IMG/VR virus record: IMGVR_UViG_3300046490_000092
Location: 1-39,449 of that record
DNA from: a virus
Lineage: Duplodnaviria > Caudoviricetes
DNA: 39,449 bases
Direction: 5' to 3' (one strand)
Translations under genes and position numbers: made by a program
Shown here: one piece after another, positions 1 to 8,782 of the stretch
How the letters are laid out: each line of letters begins with the position of its first letter
Numbering within the stretch: position 1 is the stretch's first letter
The notes under the pieces: generated by a model
What the model was told of the DNA's origin: nothing
Seen by the model: only the letters and a program-made list of their open reading frames with translations
The model's database searches: none

Positions 1-1459
1 TCCTCTCGCATTTGGCCCACATTGCGGCCACCCGGAGTTCGGCCTGGGCTAGGTCTAGCTCCCAGATTGACCAACCAGGCATGTCCTTGGCGACTGCTGA
101 CGCAATAAGCGCACGGGGCGTGGGTAGCCCGTCAAGAGCTTCGAATCCTTCCAGCCGGTAGTCGTGGGGAATCGCCTGCAGATTGACCCGTTCCACACTA
201 AAACGAGTGGACTGCGTCCCATTCTGGCGGAACACAGTTCGAAGGCGTCCGTCACTTCCGATGGAGTCGGCATATCCAAGGTACCACATCCCGTTTGCCG
301 TATTGATCTTCTGGAGGTCGGCCCAATGTCGGATGTGCTCCACCTTGTCGAGAATCATGGACTCCACGACTTCGGCGGTCATCTGCGGCTGACCGGTCGC
401 TGTGACCGAGTATGGTGCCAGTTCGGGACCCGTGTTTCCACGCTTGGCGACCCTGCGCCAGTCCTTCTCTTCGCCGAACCAGAATTGTTTGGCCGCCGCA
501 ATCGTCGGCGGGTAGAACGGCAGTTTGGATGCTGCGGCCTTGGCTCGGGCGTCCAGCTCGTTGGAGACCTCCAGCGACCGCGCCGAGTCGTAGGGCACGC
601 CTCGCTTCTCCACGTGGTAGAGCGTGATCATCGTGCGGAACTCGCGCTGAATCTCCGCGAGCATCTCATCGGAGCGGGGGTCGCTGATCCATAGCGTCTG
701 GAACGCGTAGAGCTTCCAGGTGAGCCGAGCGTCCTGATCAGCATACGGGCCTAGAATATCCCACGGGATGAGATCGTATCGACCAGCGGGCAGATTACTG
801 CCTCGCAGATACTTCTTGATAGCGTCCGCTTCGAGCGTCGCCTCTTCACCCCAGTACCGCTTGCAGGTCGGTTTGAGGCTAGTGGTCGGGCGTCCGGTGC
901 TTGGGTCCTTCCCCAGCGGCCAGATCTTCTTGGCCACGAGCTGCGTGTCCCAGTCGAACTGGTCCTCCAATTCGATCCCGGCGCCCGCAGCCGCACCCCA
1001 ACGACCTTCACGCACCCCAACCCGCAGCTTCTCCAGGTCGAACTTAGCGTTGTGGAACACCAACGCCTTGGTGCGCAGCCACGTGAGCAGGCTGGCCCAA
1101 TCCGCGGCCTCCAGGTTGGGTGCATCGTCCCACAGAGTTCCCTGGCCCCGCCCTTCCGGCTTCCCCTCGCGCCCCTGATCGAACGGCAGCGCGATCGATG
1201 CACACCACGCCTTGAACGATGGGTCCCAGGTACGTCCCAACTCGTCCGGCCCCGCGGGAACGTAGGATTCCAACTCGACCTTGAACCCCAGTTGTTGGAG
1301 TTTGGGCACCTCGCGGCGTGTGGCCTCGAACGCGATGGACACTGTCGACACCCGGGCACCGTCATCGGCGTACAGTCCCGAGGTCTCCGTGTCCACGATG
1401 ACTGGCCCACAGACGTCGATCTGGCCACCGAGCAGCCGCTGGATCGCTCGCGCGGTCAT
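1..1459 (-). CDS. polA: DNA polymerase I (family A) with 3'-5' exonuclease domain, 3'-truncated by window edge
   Basis: Not in the ORF track because it runs off the window. Manual translation from ATG 1459 (ATGA overlap with upstream stop): MTARAIQRLL..., ExoI VDTETSGL, ExoII FHNAKFD, ExoIII YADQDA, STRFSVERVNLQAIP and motif A ELDLAQAELRVAA. Confidence 0.93.
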   Translation of the reverse strand, partial: MTARAIQRLLGGQIDVCGPVIVDTETSGLYADDGARVSTVSIAFEATRREVPKLQQLGFKVELESYVPAGPDELGRTWDPSFKAWCASIALPFDQGREGKPEGRGQGTLWDDAPNLEAADWASLLTWLRTKALVFHNAKFDLEKLRVGVREGRWGAAAGAGIELEDQFDWDTQLVAKKIWPLGKDPSTGRPTTSLKPTCKRYWGEEATLEADAIKKYLRGSNLPAGRYDLIPWDILGPYADQDARLTWKLYAFQTLWISDPRSDEMLAEIQREFRTMITLYHVEKRGVPYDSARSLEVSNELDARAKAAASKLPFYPPTIAAAKQFWFGEEKDWRRVAKRGNTGPELAPYSVTATGQPQMTAEVVESMILDKVEHIRHWADLQKINTANGMWYLGYADSIGSDGRLRTVFRQNGTQSTRFSVERVNLQAIPHDYRLEGFEALDGLPTPRALIASAVAKDMPGWSIWELDLAQAELRVAAMWAKCER

Positions 1460-1755
1460 TCCACCCACCTGAAGATGACGGCTGGGCCCAGCGTCGGATT
1501 GTTGGTCGTACTTAACTGCACCTGACGCGTGCCCAGGTAGGCCCCGAGGGTGGTCGCCATGCGACCCTGCTTGATTCGACTGATCTTGGTGTGCGCCGCG
1601 TTCAAACTAGCGTGCACTGACAGCACTTGCCACCCTCCCGTCACTCGCGCCATCGCGATGAGATCTCTGAGTTGATCTTCGTTAGTTACGGGACTTCGAC
1701 CCAGATAAGTTTCCACCGCCCCCGGAGCTAGTGTCCGGGCTGTTGTTTCTGCCAT
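1456..1755 (-). CDS. hypothetical protein, probably leaderless, co-transcribed with DNA polymerase
   Basis: Trimmed from ORF 1456..1812 to ATG 1755, 7 nt below a -10 box; stop overlaps the polymerase ATG. Confidence 0.7.
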   Translation of the reverse strand: MAETTARTLAPGAVETYLGRSPVTNEDQLRDLIAMARVTGGWQVLSVHASLNAAHTKISRIKQGRMATTLGAYLGTRQVQLSTTNNPTLGPAVIFRWVE

Positions 1756-1762
1756 GGGGGAG

Positions 1763-1792
1763 AGACTACACCCCTGGGTAACCCCAGCGCAA
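1763..1792 (-). promoter_or_regulatory. sigma70/HrdB-type promoter TTGCGC-N18-TAGTCT
   Basis: Boxes read directly; the spacer holds the inverted repeat CTGGGGTTACCCAG; ATG 1755 follows 7 nt after the -10. Confidence 0.6.
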
Positions 1793-1864
1793 TCCGGCTG
1801 GGTTGGCATCATAGTAGGGCCTACCTCCCGTTTTGAATATAACCTCCGCCGCGGTCACTGGGGC

Positions 1865-2268
1865 CATATGCTCTCCGCGACCGCCAGTCATATGGAGTAC
1901 ATTACCCCCCATATGACCGCTCGCTATTGCTCCTACCGGCCAGGCTTAAGACTCTCTTATGGTCAGTCATATGGTCCGGCGCTACCGAGCCCCTCTGTAG
2001 GGTACGAACGCATAGTGTGAAGGGTATTAGTGTAGGAGTATGACCCAGGTATACTCACGTTACAAAACTTGTCACACTCCTACACCCCTACACACTGTTA
2101 CACTACCTAGCTCCGCCCGCATAGAGGGCACCGTACCCCATATGACTCCATATGACTGGCCTCTTGTTTATCATCTCCGAAACACTCCATCCCCGGTCCA
2201 GAACCTGTAGAACCCAGAACACCACCATATGACTAGCCATATGACTTATAATAGATAGTCATATGACT
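1865..2268. repeat. putative replication origin: array of CCATATGAC(T) iterons in both orientations plus a 15-bp inverted repeat
   Basis: Nine CATATG cores at 1865, 1889, 1910, 1968, 2139, 2149, 2226, 2238, 2260 in a lower-GC non-coding gap between primase-helicase and polymerase; inverted repeat GTGTAGGAGTATGAC (2030-2044) / GTCACACTCCTACAC (2071-2085). Confidence 0.75.
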
Positions 2269-2277
2269 TGTAATGCA

Positions 2278-4923
2278 TCAATCCCCACCCCGAGATCTCA
2301 GTAACACCACATCAACCAGCTCTTGAGGCAGACGGTAGTAGTATAGTCGACGTCCACCAGTGCCGATCAGCTTCCACATCTTGCGTTCGCATTGCAACGC
2401 CTGAGTCTGCGCTATCAGCGCGTCGTACGTCTCCGTCCGCTTGTCCACCATCCCGTGAACGTGCAGATGGAACGCATCAGCCACACCCTGCGGGTTGAAC
2501 CACAAGTGGGTCTCGTCCTCAGTCGGCCCCTGCCCCGGTTTGGCGAACACCGGCACGTCAATATTGCCGTACAGCTTCTCATTGCTGCGGATCCCCGCCT
2601 GCTGCGGCCATGAAAACGCTCGCAGCGCGAAAGGCAGAATCTTGAGCGTGAGAGTGTTCTCTGCTGAGTTACCATCGTGCCTGCCGGTGCGCGCTAGCCA
2701 TGCGTCTACCCGCGCGTAGTGCGGCCCCCGACCAGAGAAGGGACTGTCGTGACCACAGAGGTAGTCGAGCAGGCACGCACCCGCCCGCAGGATGCCGTCC
2801 TTGTCCGCGGCCCGTCCAGAACCGTGCTTCTTGCCGCGCTTCAGCGCTGCCAGCACTTCATCCCGCACCGACAGAGCCGCCTGGACGTACCACCCCGCCA
2901 GATCCGCGAGTCCGAACCGATCCCCGTGTACCGGGTACCGCTCTCGCAGGGCCAAGATGTCATCCCACTGTGGACGCTCCGGGTCCCTCCTCGACTTCCG
3001 TCCAACCGGCGAGCCCACCTGCAGCGGAATCGCTCGGTCGATCATAGCCTTCTGGGAGTTCATGCCAAGTGTCTCGCCAGATAGCACCAACGGAGCGATA
3101 ATCTTCACGCTCGCCAGTGTCCGTTTGTCCTCGCCAAGCTTCGAAATGTTTCCGGCACTCGTCGAGGCTCGCAGCAGTTCCATCAAGTACATCGGGTCGT
3201 CCAGGTCGTCCACCCAGACGATACCGGAATGGTGCGCCGCTGCCATATCCCGCATCGCGGCCTTGGTCGGCTGCTGCTCTCCGATCCAGTTCCCGTTCAG
3301 TTGGATCATCATCTCGAAGAAACCATTCGTCTTTCCGGATTCGGATGGTGCCTCGATCGCCATGAAAGGAAACAATGCAGCGCGTTCCATGAGCTGCGGC
3401 TTCAGCAAACATGCGGCCCACCACGCTCCAAAAACGCTCGTCACAGTCGAGTCGTGGAAAGTGAGGACCTCGTTCAGAACCCACTGCGCTTCGTTCCAAT
3501 CTTCCCGGAATCCGTACTTGTGGGGGGCGAGCTTCCCGGACATGAGCATGGGATCCGGCCGCACCCCGGCCCGCTCAATCGGGATCACGTCCTCGGGTGT
3601 AATGACGTGCTCGTGGGTGACGAATCCGCCGTCGCCGTCCAAGATCTCGGCGTCCCAACCCAGCACGTCGGTCACCGTGACTACCGGCGGCATCTGGTAT
3701 TCGAGGTACCTCTGCAGCCGGGTGCCCATGCCCATGTGCGACGGCCTCGCGTTGGGCGGGATGGCATAGGTTGCGGCATACCGTGACAGGATAGCCCGCA
3801 GTTTCTTCTCGTCGCCGAAGATTTCACCCTTGACAACAACGTCAGTGTAACGCAGCTCGGCCGTGCGCTGGTCCCGCTGAATTAGAGTTAGCCAGTAGGT
3901 GCGCCACCCCTCCGGCGAGGTCATGATGCCCTCGGCCTTCATGTCGAAGTCCGTGCATTGGTCTAGGACCAACATCGCTTCGTCGCCGCGACCCTCCTGA
4001 ATCTGTAGCCGCAGGATCTCGCCGTTACCGACGAGGTATCCGTTCGCCTCCCCCACCTTAGCCAGCCCGTCCGGCTGCTCATGGTCTTTAGTCCAGATCG
4101 AATCCGCTACCTTCTGAAACTCCCCTTCATCAAGGGGTGGCCGCAGTCGGTTGTTGGCGTCGAGGAGAGCCAACTCGTACAGGTCGTGCTGGGTGTGATG
4201 CTGCCGTGAGTAGTGACCGGCGACTCGGGTGAGCCACGCGTTGCGGCCACCTTCGGCAGGCGGGTTGTTCAGTAGCTTGACCAGCATCGAGACGGCACGT
4301 GAGCCACCCCCCGATTCGAGCGGGGTCTCAGACGGCCCGCCGTGAGCCGCGCTAGAGCGGCTGTGGTGCCGGTACCACGAGCCATCCAATAGTTCGCGGG
4401 GGGCTTCCCGTACGTCGGAGAGAGGCACGGCCCAAGTATAGGCCAGGCCGGTGTCCGGGTGCGTGCTCGGCGGGACCAGTACGCCTCCGCCGTCCGCCTT
4501 CACATCGAATGACACCATGTCTGTGGTGACATCCTCGGCTCTTACGCCGATGGGGTGTACAGCCCAACTGTTGATGGACTGAATCCAGTCTTGGGGGACC
4601 TTGTACCAGTGATGATGCCGACCGAGTCGGGTATCCACCCGAGTCGTTGCGTCAATGTCCGGGATGAGTTCCACCCAGAATTTGTGGCCAGCTTCGGTGT
4701 CACAATCGATGACTATCATCCCGGACATTCGACCGGTCATTACCCAGTAATTGCATTGACCTCCACCGAACCAACGAGTCGCCATTTCGTCAGCGCGGCG
4801 GTCCTGCCATTTCTTCCATGAGATCTTGGGAGCCTTGCTTCCCAACGCAGCCGGGAGGACCTGCAATCCCTCTGCGATGAGACCCCGCGCCACATCCAAC
4901 GGGGTTAGATCGGTGATGCGCAC
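2278..4923 (-). CDS. bifunctional DNA primase/polymerase (Prim-Pol) + PriCT + C-terminal ATPase/helicase
   Basis: GMIVIDCD, HHHWY and DVKADGGGVLVPPSTHPDTGLAYTW Prim-Pol motifs; GGRNAWLTRVAG PriCT-like; Walker A-like EAPSESGKT and Walker B IVWVDD. Confidence 0.88.
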   Translation of the reverse strand: MRITDLTPLDVARGLIAEGLQVLPAALGSKAPKISWKKWQDRRADEMATRWFGGGQCNYWVMTGRMSGMIVIDCDTEAGHKFWVELIPDIDATTRVDTRLGRHHHWYKVPQDWIQSINSWAVHPIGVRAEDVTTDMVSFDVKADGGGVLVPPSTHPDTGLAYTWAVPLSDVREAPRELLDGSWYRHHSRSSAAHGGPSETPLESGGGSRAVSMLVKLLNNPPAEGGRNAWLTRVAGHYSRQHHTQHDLYELALLDANNRLRPPLDEGEFQKVADSIWTKDHEQPDGLAKVGEANGYLVGNGEILRLQIQEGRGDEAMLVLDQCTDFDMKAEGIMTSPEGWRTYWLTLIQRDQRTAELRYTDVVVKGEIFGDEKKLRAILSRYAATYAIPPNARPSHMGMGTRLQRYLEYQMPPVVTVTDVLGWDAEILDGDGGFVTHEHVITPEDVIPIERAGVRPDPMLMSGKLAPHKYGFREDWNEAQWVLNEVLTFHDSTVTSVFGAWWAACLLKPQLMERAALFPFMAIEAPSESGKTNGFFEMMIQLNGNWIGEQQPTKAAMRDMAAAHHSGIVWVDDLDDPMYLMELLRASTSAGNISKLGEDKRTLASVKIIAPLVLSGETLGMNSQKAMIDRAIPLQVGSPVGRKSRRDPERPQWDDILALRERYPVHGDRFGLADLAGWYVQAALSVRDEVLAALKRGKKHGSGRAADKDGILRAGACLLDYLCGHDSPFSGRGPHYARVDAWLARTGRHDGNSAENTLTLKILPFALRAFSWPQQAGIRSNEKLYGNIDVPVFAKPGQGPTEDETHLWFNPQGVADAFHLHVHGMVDKRTETYDALIAQTQALQCERKMWKLIGTGGRRLYYYRLPQELVDVVLLRSRGGD

Positions 4924-4952
4924 CCGCCACTCTCCTCAAGGGATACTGCCCT

Positions 4953-4996
4953 AAAGACAACTGGAGGGCTGAGAGTCACCACTCCCAGCCCTCCAG
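4953..4996 (-). terminator. intrinsic terminator after the SSB-like gene
   Basis: 16-bp stem CTGGAGGGCTGAGAGT / ACTCCCAGCCCTCCAG with a 4-nt loop, followed on the minus strand by TTGTCTTT. Confidence 0.75.
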
Positions 4997-5019
4997 GCTA
5001 CTGCGGTACTGCCGATGGA

Positions 5020-5550
5020 TCAGAAGTCGGAGTCGTCGTCCTCATCCTCGCCGCCCGCGAGTAGAGACTCGTCGACGTCCTCGAAGGGGAGGACCTTGAC
5101 GACGTAGTTCTGCTCCTCACCCTTGCGCGGACCGCCCTTGATCGCCTGGATGCCGATCTGCAAGATGCAGGGCTCACCGAGCATCTCGTCGGTGTCTGAG
5201 TCCTCGGAGTAGCCGAACGCGAGGAACATCGCCTTGATGCGACCGGCGGCCAAGCGCTCCGCGATCTCCCACTTCTTGTGGATCTCTTCGTAGTTGTCGA
5301 TCCCCGGCTTCGGCTCCGGGGTACCCGGCAGGATCGTCCACACCCACTGCTTGCCGGACTGCTTGGTACCATCCAGCGCGACCATGTCGCCGAACTCCCA
5401 GTTCCAGCCGGACTTGCCTGTGCCGGACGGCTTGGTCTCCACCGCCTTGAGGATCGCGGCGTACTTGCCGGGCTTGATCAGGTCGAATCCGCCCTGCACC
5501 GGCTCGGCGTCGGTGACCTTCTCGATGAGACCCTTGCTCAAGCGTGGCAT
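5020..5550 (-). CDS. phage ssDNA-binding protein (DUF669-like) with acidic tail
   Basis: Start moved to ATG 5550 (RBS GGGAGA); GGFDLIKPGKY motif, acidic C-terminus EDEDDDSDF, next to a Sak4-like ATPase, high GC3. Confidence 0.75.
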   Translation of the reverse strand: MPRLSKGLIEKVTDAEPVQGGFDLIKPGKYAAILKAVETKPSGTGKSGWNWEFGDMVALDGTKQSGKQWVWTILPGTPEPKPGIDNYEEIHKKWEIAERLAAGRIKAMFLAFGYSEDSDTDEMLGEPCILQIGIQAIKGGPRKGEEQNYVVKVLPFEDVDESLLAGGEDEDDDSDF

Positions 5551-5632
5551 TCGATATCTCCCGGTAAGTCTGCATGCGCTCTGGCCTGCGTAGTGTACCA
5601 CCCCAGCCGATGCCGGGGTAGGGTGTGCTTGG

Positions 5633-5806
5633 CTACCGTCCGGCTTCGGGGTCGGTGGTCGTTCCGTACTTGCGCTGGAAGCTCTCCTTGATCATGTGAA
5701 CGATGTCGTCGTCAGCGGGCCCGAACGCGTCCACGGCCTCCTCGCGGAAGTGCTCCAACCAGTCCAGGTACGACTTGTCGACCAGTACCCGAACTCGACC
5801 GTTCAT
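5633..5806 (-). CDS. hypothetical protein (57 aa)
   Basis: Protein-like C-terminal part of ORF 5633..5944 from MNGRVRV. Confidence 0.6.
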   Translation of the reverse strand: MNGRVRVLVDKSYLDWLEHFREEAVDAFGPADDDIVHMIKESFQRKYGTTTDPEAGR

Positions 5807-5816
5807 GCCGACCAGC

Positions 5817-5948
5817 TTACCCACCGGTTGCCGCCGTCTCGACCCCGCTGCCGTTCTCGGCCCGCAGGCCGTCGAGCACCCGCTCCAGGGTGGCGCGATC
5901 CGTGCTGCACCCGCCCAGGATCTCTCCCACGCGCTCCGGCTCACTCAC
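5817..5948 (-). CDS. hypothetical protein (43 aa)
   Basis: Manual translation VSEPERVGEILGGCSTDRATLERVLDGLRAENG...; GTG overlaps the upstream stop and the ORF fills the gap. Confidence 0.45.
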   Translation of the reverse strand: MSEPERVGEILGGCSTDRATLERVLDGLRAENGSGVETAATGG

Positions 5949-6945
5949 TGCGTTCGTCTCCTGTCTCGTCGACCTCGGCTTCAGCCTTGATCTCGGCCTT
6001 CGTCTTCTTGACCTTGATGAGAGCCTGGTCGGGATCGTTCTCCTTGGTCAGGACTCCGTCGTAGTAGTCCAGCAGGCGACCGAATCGCGGGTTGGCCAGC
6101 ACCGGCGGGAGCACCCCGTCGCGGTCCTTGACCCGGTACTTGCGCGCCCGGCTCGTCGCCGCCCGGAACGGCTGCTCCTCATCCGCCCCCTTGAAAGCGA
6201 GCGCCAAGTCGACGTATCCGAGCAGGTCGGTGGCGAGCGACGGACTGACGGCCGGACCGTACATGACGGTCCCGGAGTCCTCGTCCAGGTCGCGCCGTTC
6301 CAGGGCCGTCACCACGAAGTGGCAGGGCAAGTCCCGGAACCGGCGTAGGAGGTACCGCAGTCGCTTCCCCATGCCGTTGTAGTCGTCGCGGTCCGTCCAC
6401 CACGGATCGGTGTCCTCGCCCCGCCGCTGCAGTGACGCAGTCCGCGCGCCGGACACCTCGTCCAGTATCGACTGCGTCACATCAGTGATGGAGTCCATGC
6501 CGATCCCAGCCCAGGCGTTCGGGTCCTTGAGCAGATCCGCGTACAACCGCTCGTACAGGGCCTTCAAGCCATCGAACGTGAGCTTCTCGCCTGCCGACCG
6601 GTCGGGGTACACCCGGATGTTGCTGGTCTCGATGCCCTGGCGACGGAGCGCCCGGGTGCGGAGACCAGCCTCGGCGTTGATGATGACGACCGATCCGAAG
6701 TTGGCCATCTCCGCCATGGCGGTCGTCTTGCCGGACCCCTCCTTGCCGTAGAACAGGCAGTTGAGGAACTCGTCCGACTCGTCCAGGCTGGCCAGCGGCT
6801 TGGACCGCATGACCGCGCCACCGGTCTTGCGCGCCTTCTTGGGGACCTCGGGTGCTGGCGCCGGGTCGACGTCAGGCGTCTCGTCCAGGGTAGGGGTCGA
6901 CGGCTCCGGCGGCGGTGTGCTGATCTTCGCTTCCAGCTTCGGCAC
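5941..6945 (-). CDS. AAA_24 / Sak4-like phage ATPase (ssDNA annealing/recombination)
   Basis: LFYGKEGSGKTT Walker A, GIGMDSITD Walker B, lies between a Cas4-like nuclease and an SSB. Confidence 0.85.
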   Translation of the reverse strand: MPKLEAKISTPPPEPSTPTLDETPDVDPAPAPEVPKKARKTGGAVMRSKPLASLDESDEFLNCLFYGKEGSGKTTAMAEMANFGSVVIINAEAGLRTRALRRQGIETSNIRVYPDRSAGEKLTFDGLKALYERLYADLLKDPNAWAGIGMDSITDVTQSILDEVSGARTASLQRRGEDTDPWWTDRDDYNGMGKRLRYLLRRFRDLPCHFVVTALERRDLDEDSGTVMYGPAVSPSLATDLLGYVDLALAFKGADEEQPFRAATSRARKYRVKDRDGVLPPVLANPRFGRLLDYYDGVLTKENDPDQALIKVKKTKAEIKAEAEVDETGDERSE

Positions 6946-7153
6946 TGATGATCTCCATCTCTGTGGTGATGTGACTCATGGCGCGCTGGAGCGCACCCTT
7001 CACGCTCGTCGCCCGTACGGTGATCTTGACGTGTTCGATGCTGGGCTTGTCGTCGTCCACCTTCTCGAAGACCAGTATGTGGGCCGAGATGGTGCGCTTG
7101 CTCTCCAGCAGGGGCGCTGCCTCCCGGAGGGTGTATCTCTGCTCGTACGCCAT
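6872..7153 (-). CDS. hypothetical protein
   Basis: MAYEQRYTLRE... part of ORF 6872..7219 with upstream GGAGG; overlaps the 5' end of the ATPase gene. Confidence 0.6.
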   Translation of the reverse strand: MAYEQRYTLREAAPLLESKRTISAHILVFEKVDDDKPSIEHVKITVRATSVKGALQRAMSHITTEMEIISAEAGSEDQHTAAGAVDPYPGRDA

Positions 7154-7154
7154 G

Positions 7155-7742
7155 CTATGCACTTCCTCCCGTACATGTGTTTCCGTACCCGATTCTCTGG
7201 GTCGTGGAAGAGAAGCCATCCGGTGCGATCAGTCGCAGGACGACCCCCTTCTTGTTGCGCAGCCAGCGCTGGGACGCGGGGGTCTTGCGCTCGTCTACGA
7301 CGAGCCGCCCCTGCGAATCCTTGGTCGTTGGCAACGTGTGCCATTCGTCGCCTTCCCGGGCCTGGGTCTGGAGCGAGACCTCGGTGGGAGGCTGGGGTTC
7401 CCACCCCTGGGATCCAGCCGTATCGGTCTCGTATCGGACCACGAACTCGTGCGACTCATTCCAGCACTGCATGATAATGCCAAACCATGCGTGGGTCGGA
7501 GTGTTCTCCGCCGACAGGGCCACGCCCGCCGTCGGGGGTGCTTCAGCCGCCATCGGCGTGCCGACCCACGCATCGTAGTGCGTCGAGACCCACAGGATGA
7601 TGAAGGCCGCAACGAACGCCGTCACCACCGGGACAGACCACCAGGGGAAATCGTAGTTGCGAACCCAATAGCTAGGCCTGCCCTCCTGACGGTGACGAGC
7701 GGGCTGGCGGTCCACGCGGTTGCCGGTCCATGTCATGCTCAT
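7155..7742 (-). CDS. membrane-anchored hypothetical protein
   Basis: One TM segment WWSVPVVTAFVAAFIILWVS followed by a beta-rich domain; RBS GGAGGAG. Confidence 0.7.
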   Translation of the reverse strand: MSMTWTGNRVDRQPARHRQEGRPSYWVRNYDFPWWSVPVVTAFVAAFIILWVSTHYDAWVGTPMAAEAPPTAGVALSAENTPTHAWFGIIMQCWNESHEFVVRYETDTAGSQGWEPQPPTEVSLQTQAREGDEWHTLPTTKDSQGRLVVDERKTPASQRWLRNKKGVVLRLIAPDGFSSTTQRIGYGNTCTGGSA

Positions 7743-7751
7743 TTCTCCTCC

Positions 7752-7958
7752 TCAGGCCTTACGGTTGATGCACAGGCACGGGCCGCCCTCGCGATTGCGG
7801 CTGGGGCATCCTACCAGGGTGTGAACCGGCGCGGTACTCTGGGGGCGGATCGCGATCGGCGTGGGGGCCGGGCGCGGCTTGCGCAGCTTGGCGATACGCT
7901 CGTCGCGATCCCGACACTCGGTGATCTCCACCGCGGTTGTCACACTGACCATGTCCAT
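7752..7958 (-). CDS. hypothetical protein (68 aa)
   Basis: ATG 7958 overlaps the upstream TGA; RBS GGAGG. Confidence 0.55.
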   Translation of the reverse strand: MDMVSVTTAVEITECRDRDERIAKLRKPRPAPTPIAIRPQSTAPVHTLVGCPSRNREGGPCLCINRKA

Positions 7959-8152
7959 CACAACACCTCCAGCGTGGGCTGGTGGAGGATGCGATCCAGG
8001 TCCGAGATATCGGCCGCGTAGACCTCCAGCACGGCGATGATGGGCCGAAATCCGTCGACGTCCGTGGGCTCCGATCCCCGAGGCTTGGGGACTCGATCCA
8101 TGAGCGAGAACAGTAGGTTGCGGTGTTGGTCGAAGACCTCGTCGACGCTCAT
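7958..8152 (-). CDS. hypothetical protein (64 aa)
   Basis: MSVDEVFDQH... with ATGA overlap to the upstream gene. Confidence 0.6.
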   Translation of the reverse strand: MSVDEVFDQHRNLLFSLMDRVPKPRGSEPTDVDGFRPIIAVLEVYAADISDLDRILHQPTLEVL

Positions 8153-8349
8153 GGGCGAATCTCCCCGCGCAGGTAGGACTCGAACATGTGACAAAACTTG
8201 AACAGCTCGGCGGGAGAAGGGACGCGGTGCGCGTACAACGCAACTGCTGCGGTTAGGGCGTGTCCCCGGATGATGGTGTTGATGTCGAGGCCCTCGACCG
8301 GAACCGCCAGCGGCGGATACTCGGACTCTTCGATCTCGTTCTCGCTCAC
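8149..8349 (-). CDS. hypothetical protein (66 aa)
   Basis: VSENEIEESEY... from GTG 8349, GTGA overlap and RBS GGAGG. Confidence 0.6.
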   Translation of the reverse strand: MSENEIEESEYPPLAVPVEGLDINTIIRGHALTAAVALYAHRVPSPAELFKFCHMFESYLRGEIRP

Positions 8350-8717
8350 TTGACCTCCAGCTTGGTGAGTCGGTACAGGGTGCCGTCCGGAGTGACGCCG
8401 ATGACGTACTCGGCTCCCGGCTGCGTCACCAGCGTGAGCTGCAGCTTGGGAAGCGTCGGCTCTTCTCTCCTCCTGCGCGTCGTGCTCCACATGTAGATGC
8501 CCGTACCGGTGCGGACGATGGGGAACCCATTGTCTTCGTTTACCAGGTTCGCCAGGCACTGCATGAGCTGGTCGCGGGAGAAGTGAGGGACACCCTCGCT
8601 GATAGTGTCGCCCGTGATGTGCTGGTCGGGGTGTGACTGCATATAGTCGATGACAGCCGCGCGACATCCGCGCATCACTGTCGACCTGTTGCCGCCGTTC
8701 TCGGTGGTTGTACTCAC
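8346..8717 (-). CDS. putative winged-helix DNA-binding protein
   Basis: AAVIDYMQSHPDQHITGDTI...QLMQCLANL...IVRTGTGIY fits a wHTH pattern; GTG 8717 with RBS GGGAGGGA, downstream of a strong promoter. Confidence 0.55.
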   Translation of the reverse strand: MSTTTENGGNRSTVMRGCRAAVIDYMQSHPDQHITGDTISEGVPHFSRDQLMQCLANLVNEDNGFPIVRTGTGIYMWSTTRRRREEPTLPKLQLTLVTQPGAEYVIGVTPDGTLYRLTKLEVK

Positions 8718-8752
8718 GAGTCCCTCCCGGGGATCGCTGGGATATAGGACGC

Positions 8753-8782
8753 AGCCTAGCATAGGTGTTGCCTAGTGGTCAA
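8753..8782 (-). promoter_or_regulatory. promoter TTGACC-N18-TAGGCT (extended -10 TG)
   Basis: Near-consensus Streptomyces housekeeping promoter in the gap after the Cas4-like gene. Confidence 0.75.

Noticed and set aside
1754-2020. 88-aa plus-strand ORF in the origin region
   Set aside because: Against local gene orientation, atypical codon usage, and built from the iteron repeats.
1865-2268. CATATG repeats as a CRISPR or mini-CRISPR array
   Set aside because: Repeats are only ~10 bp, in both orientations and irregularly spaced.
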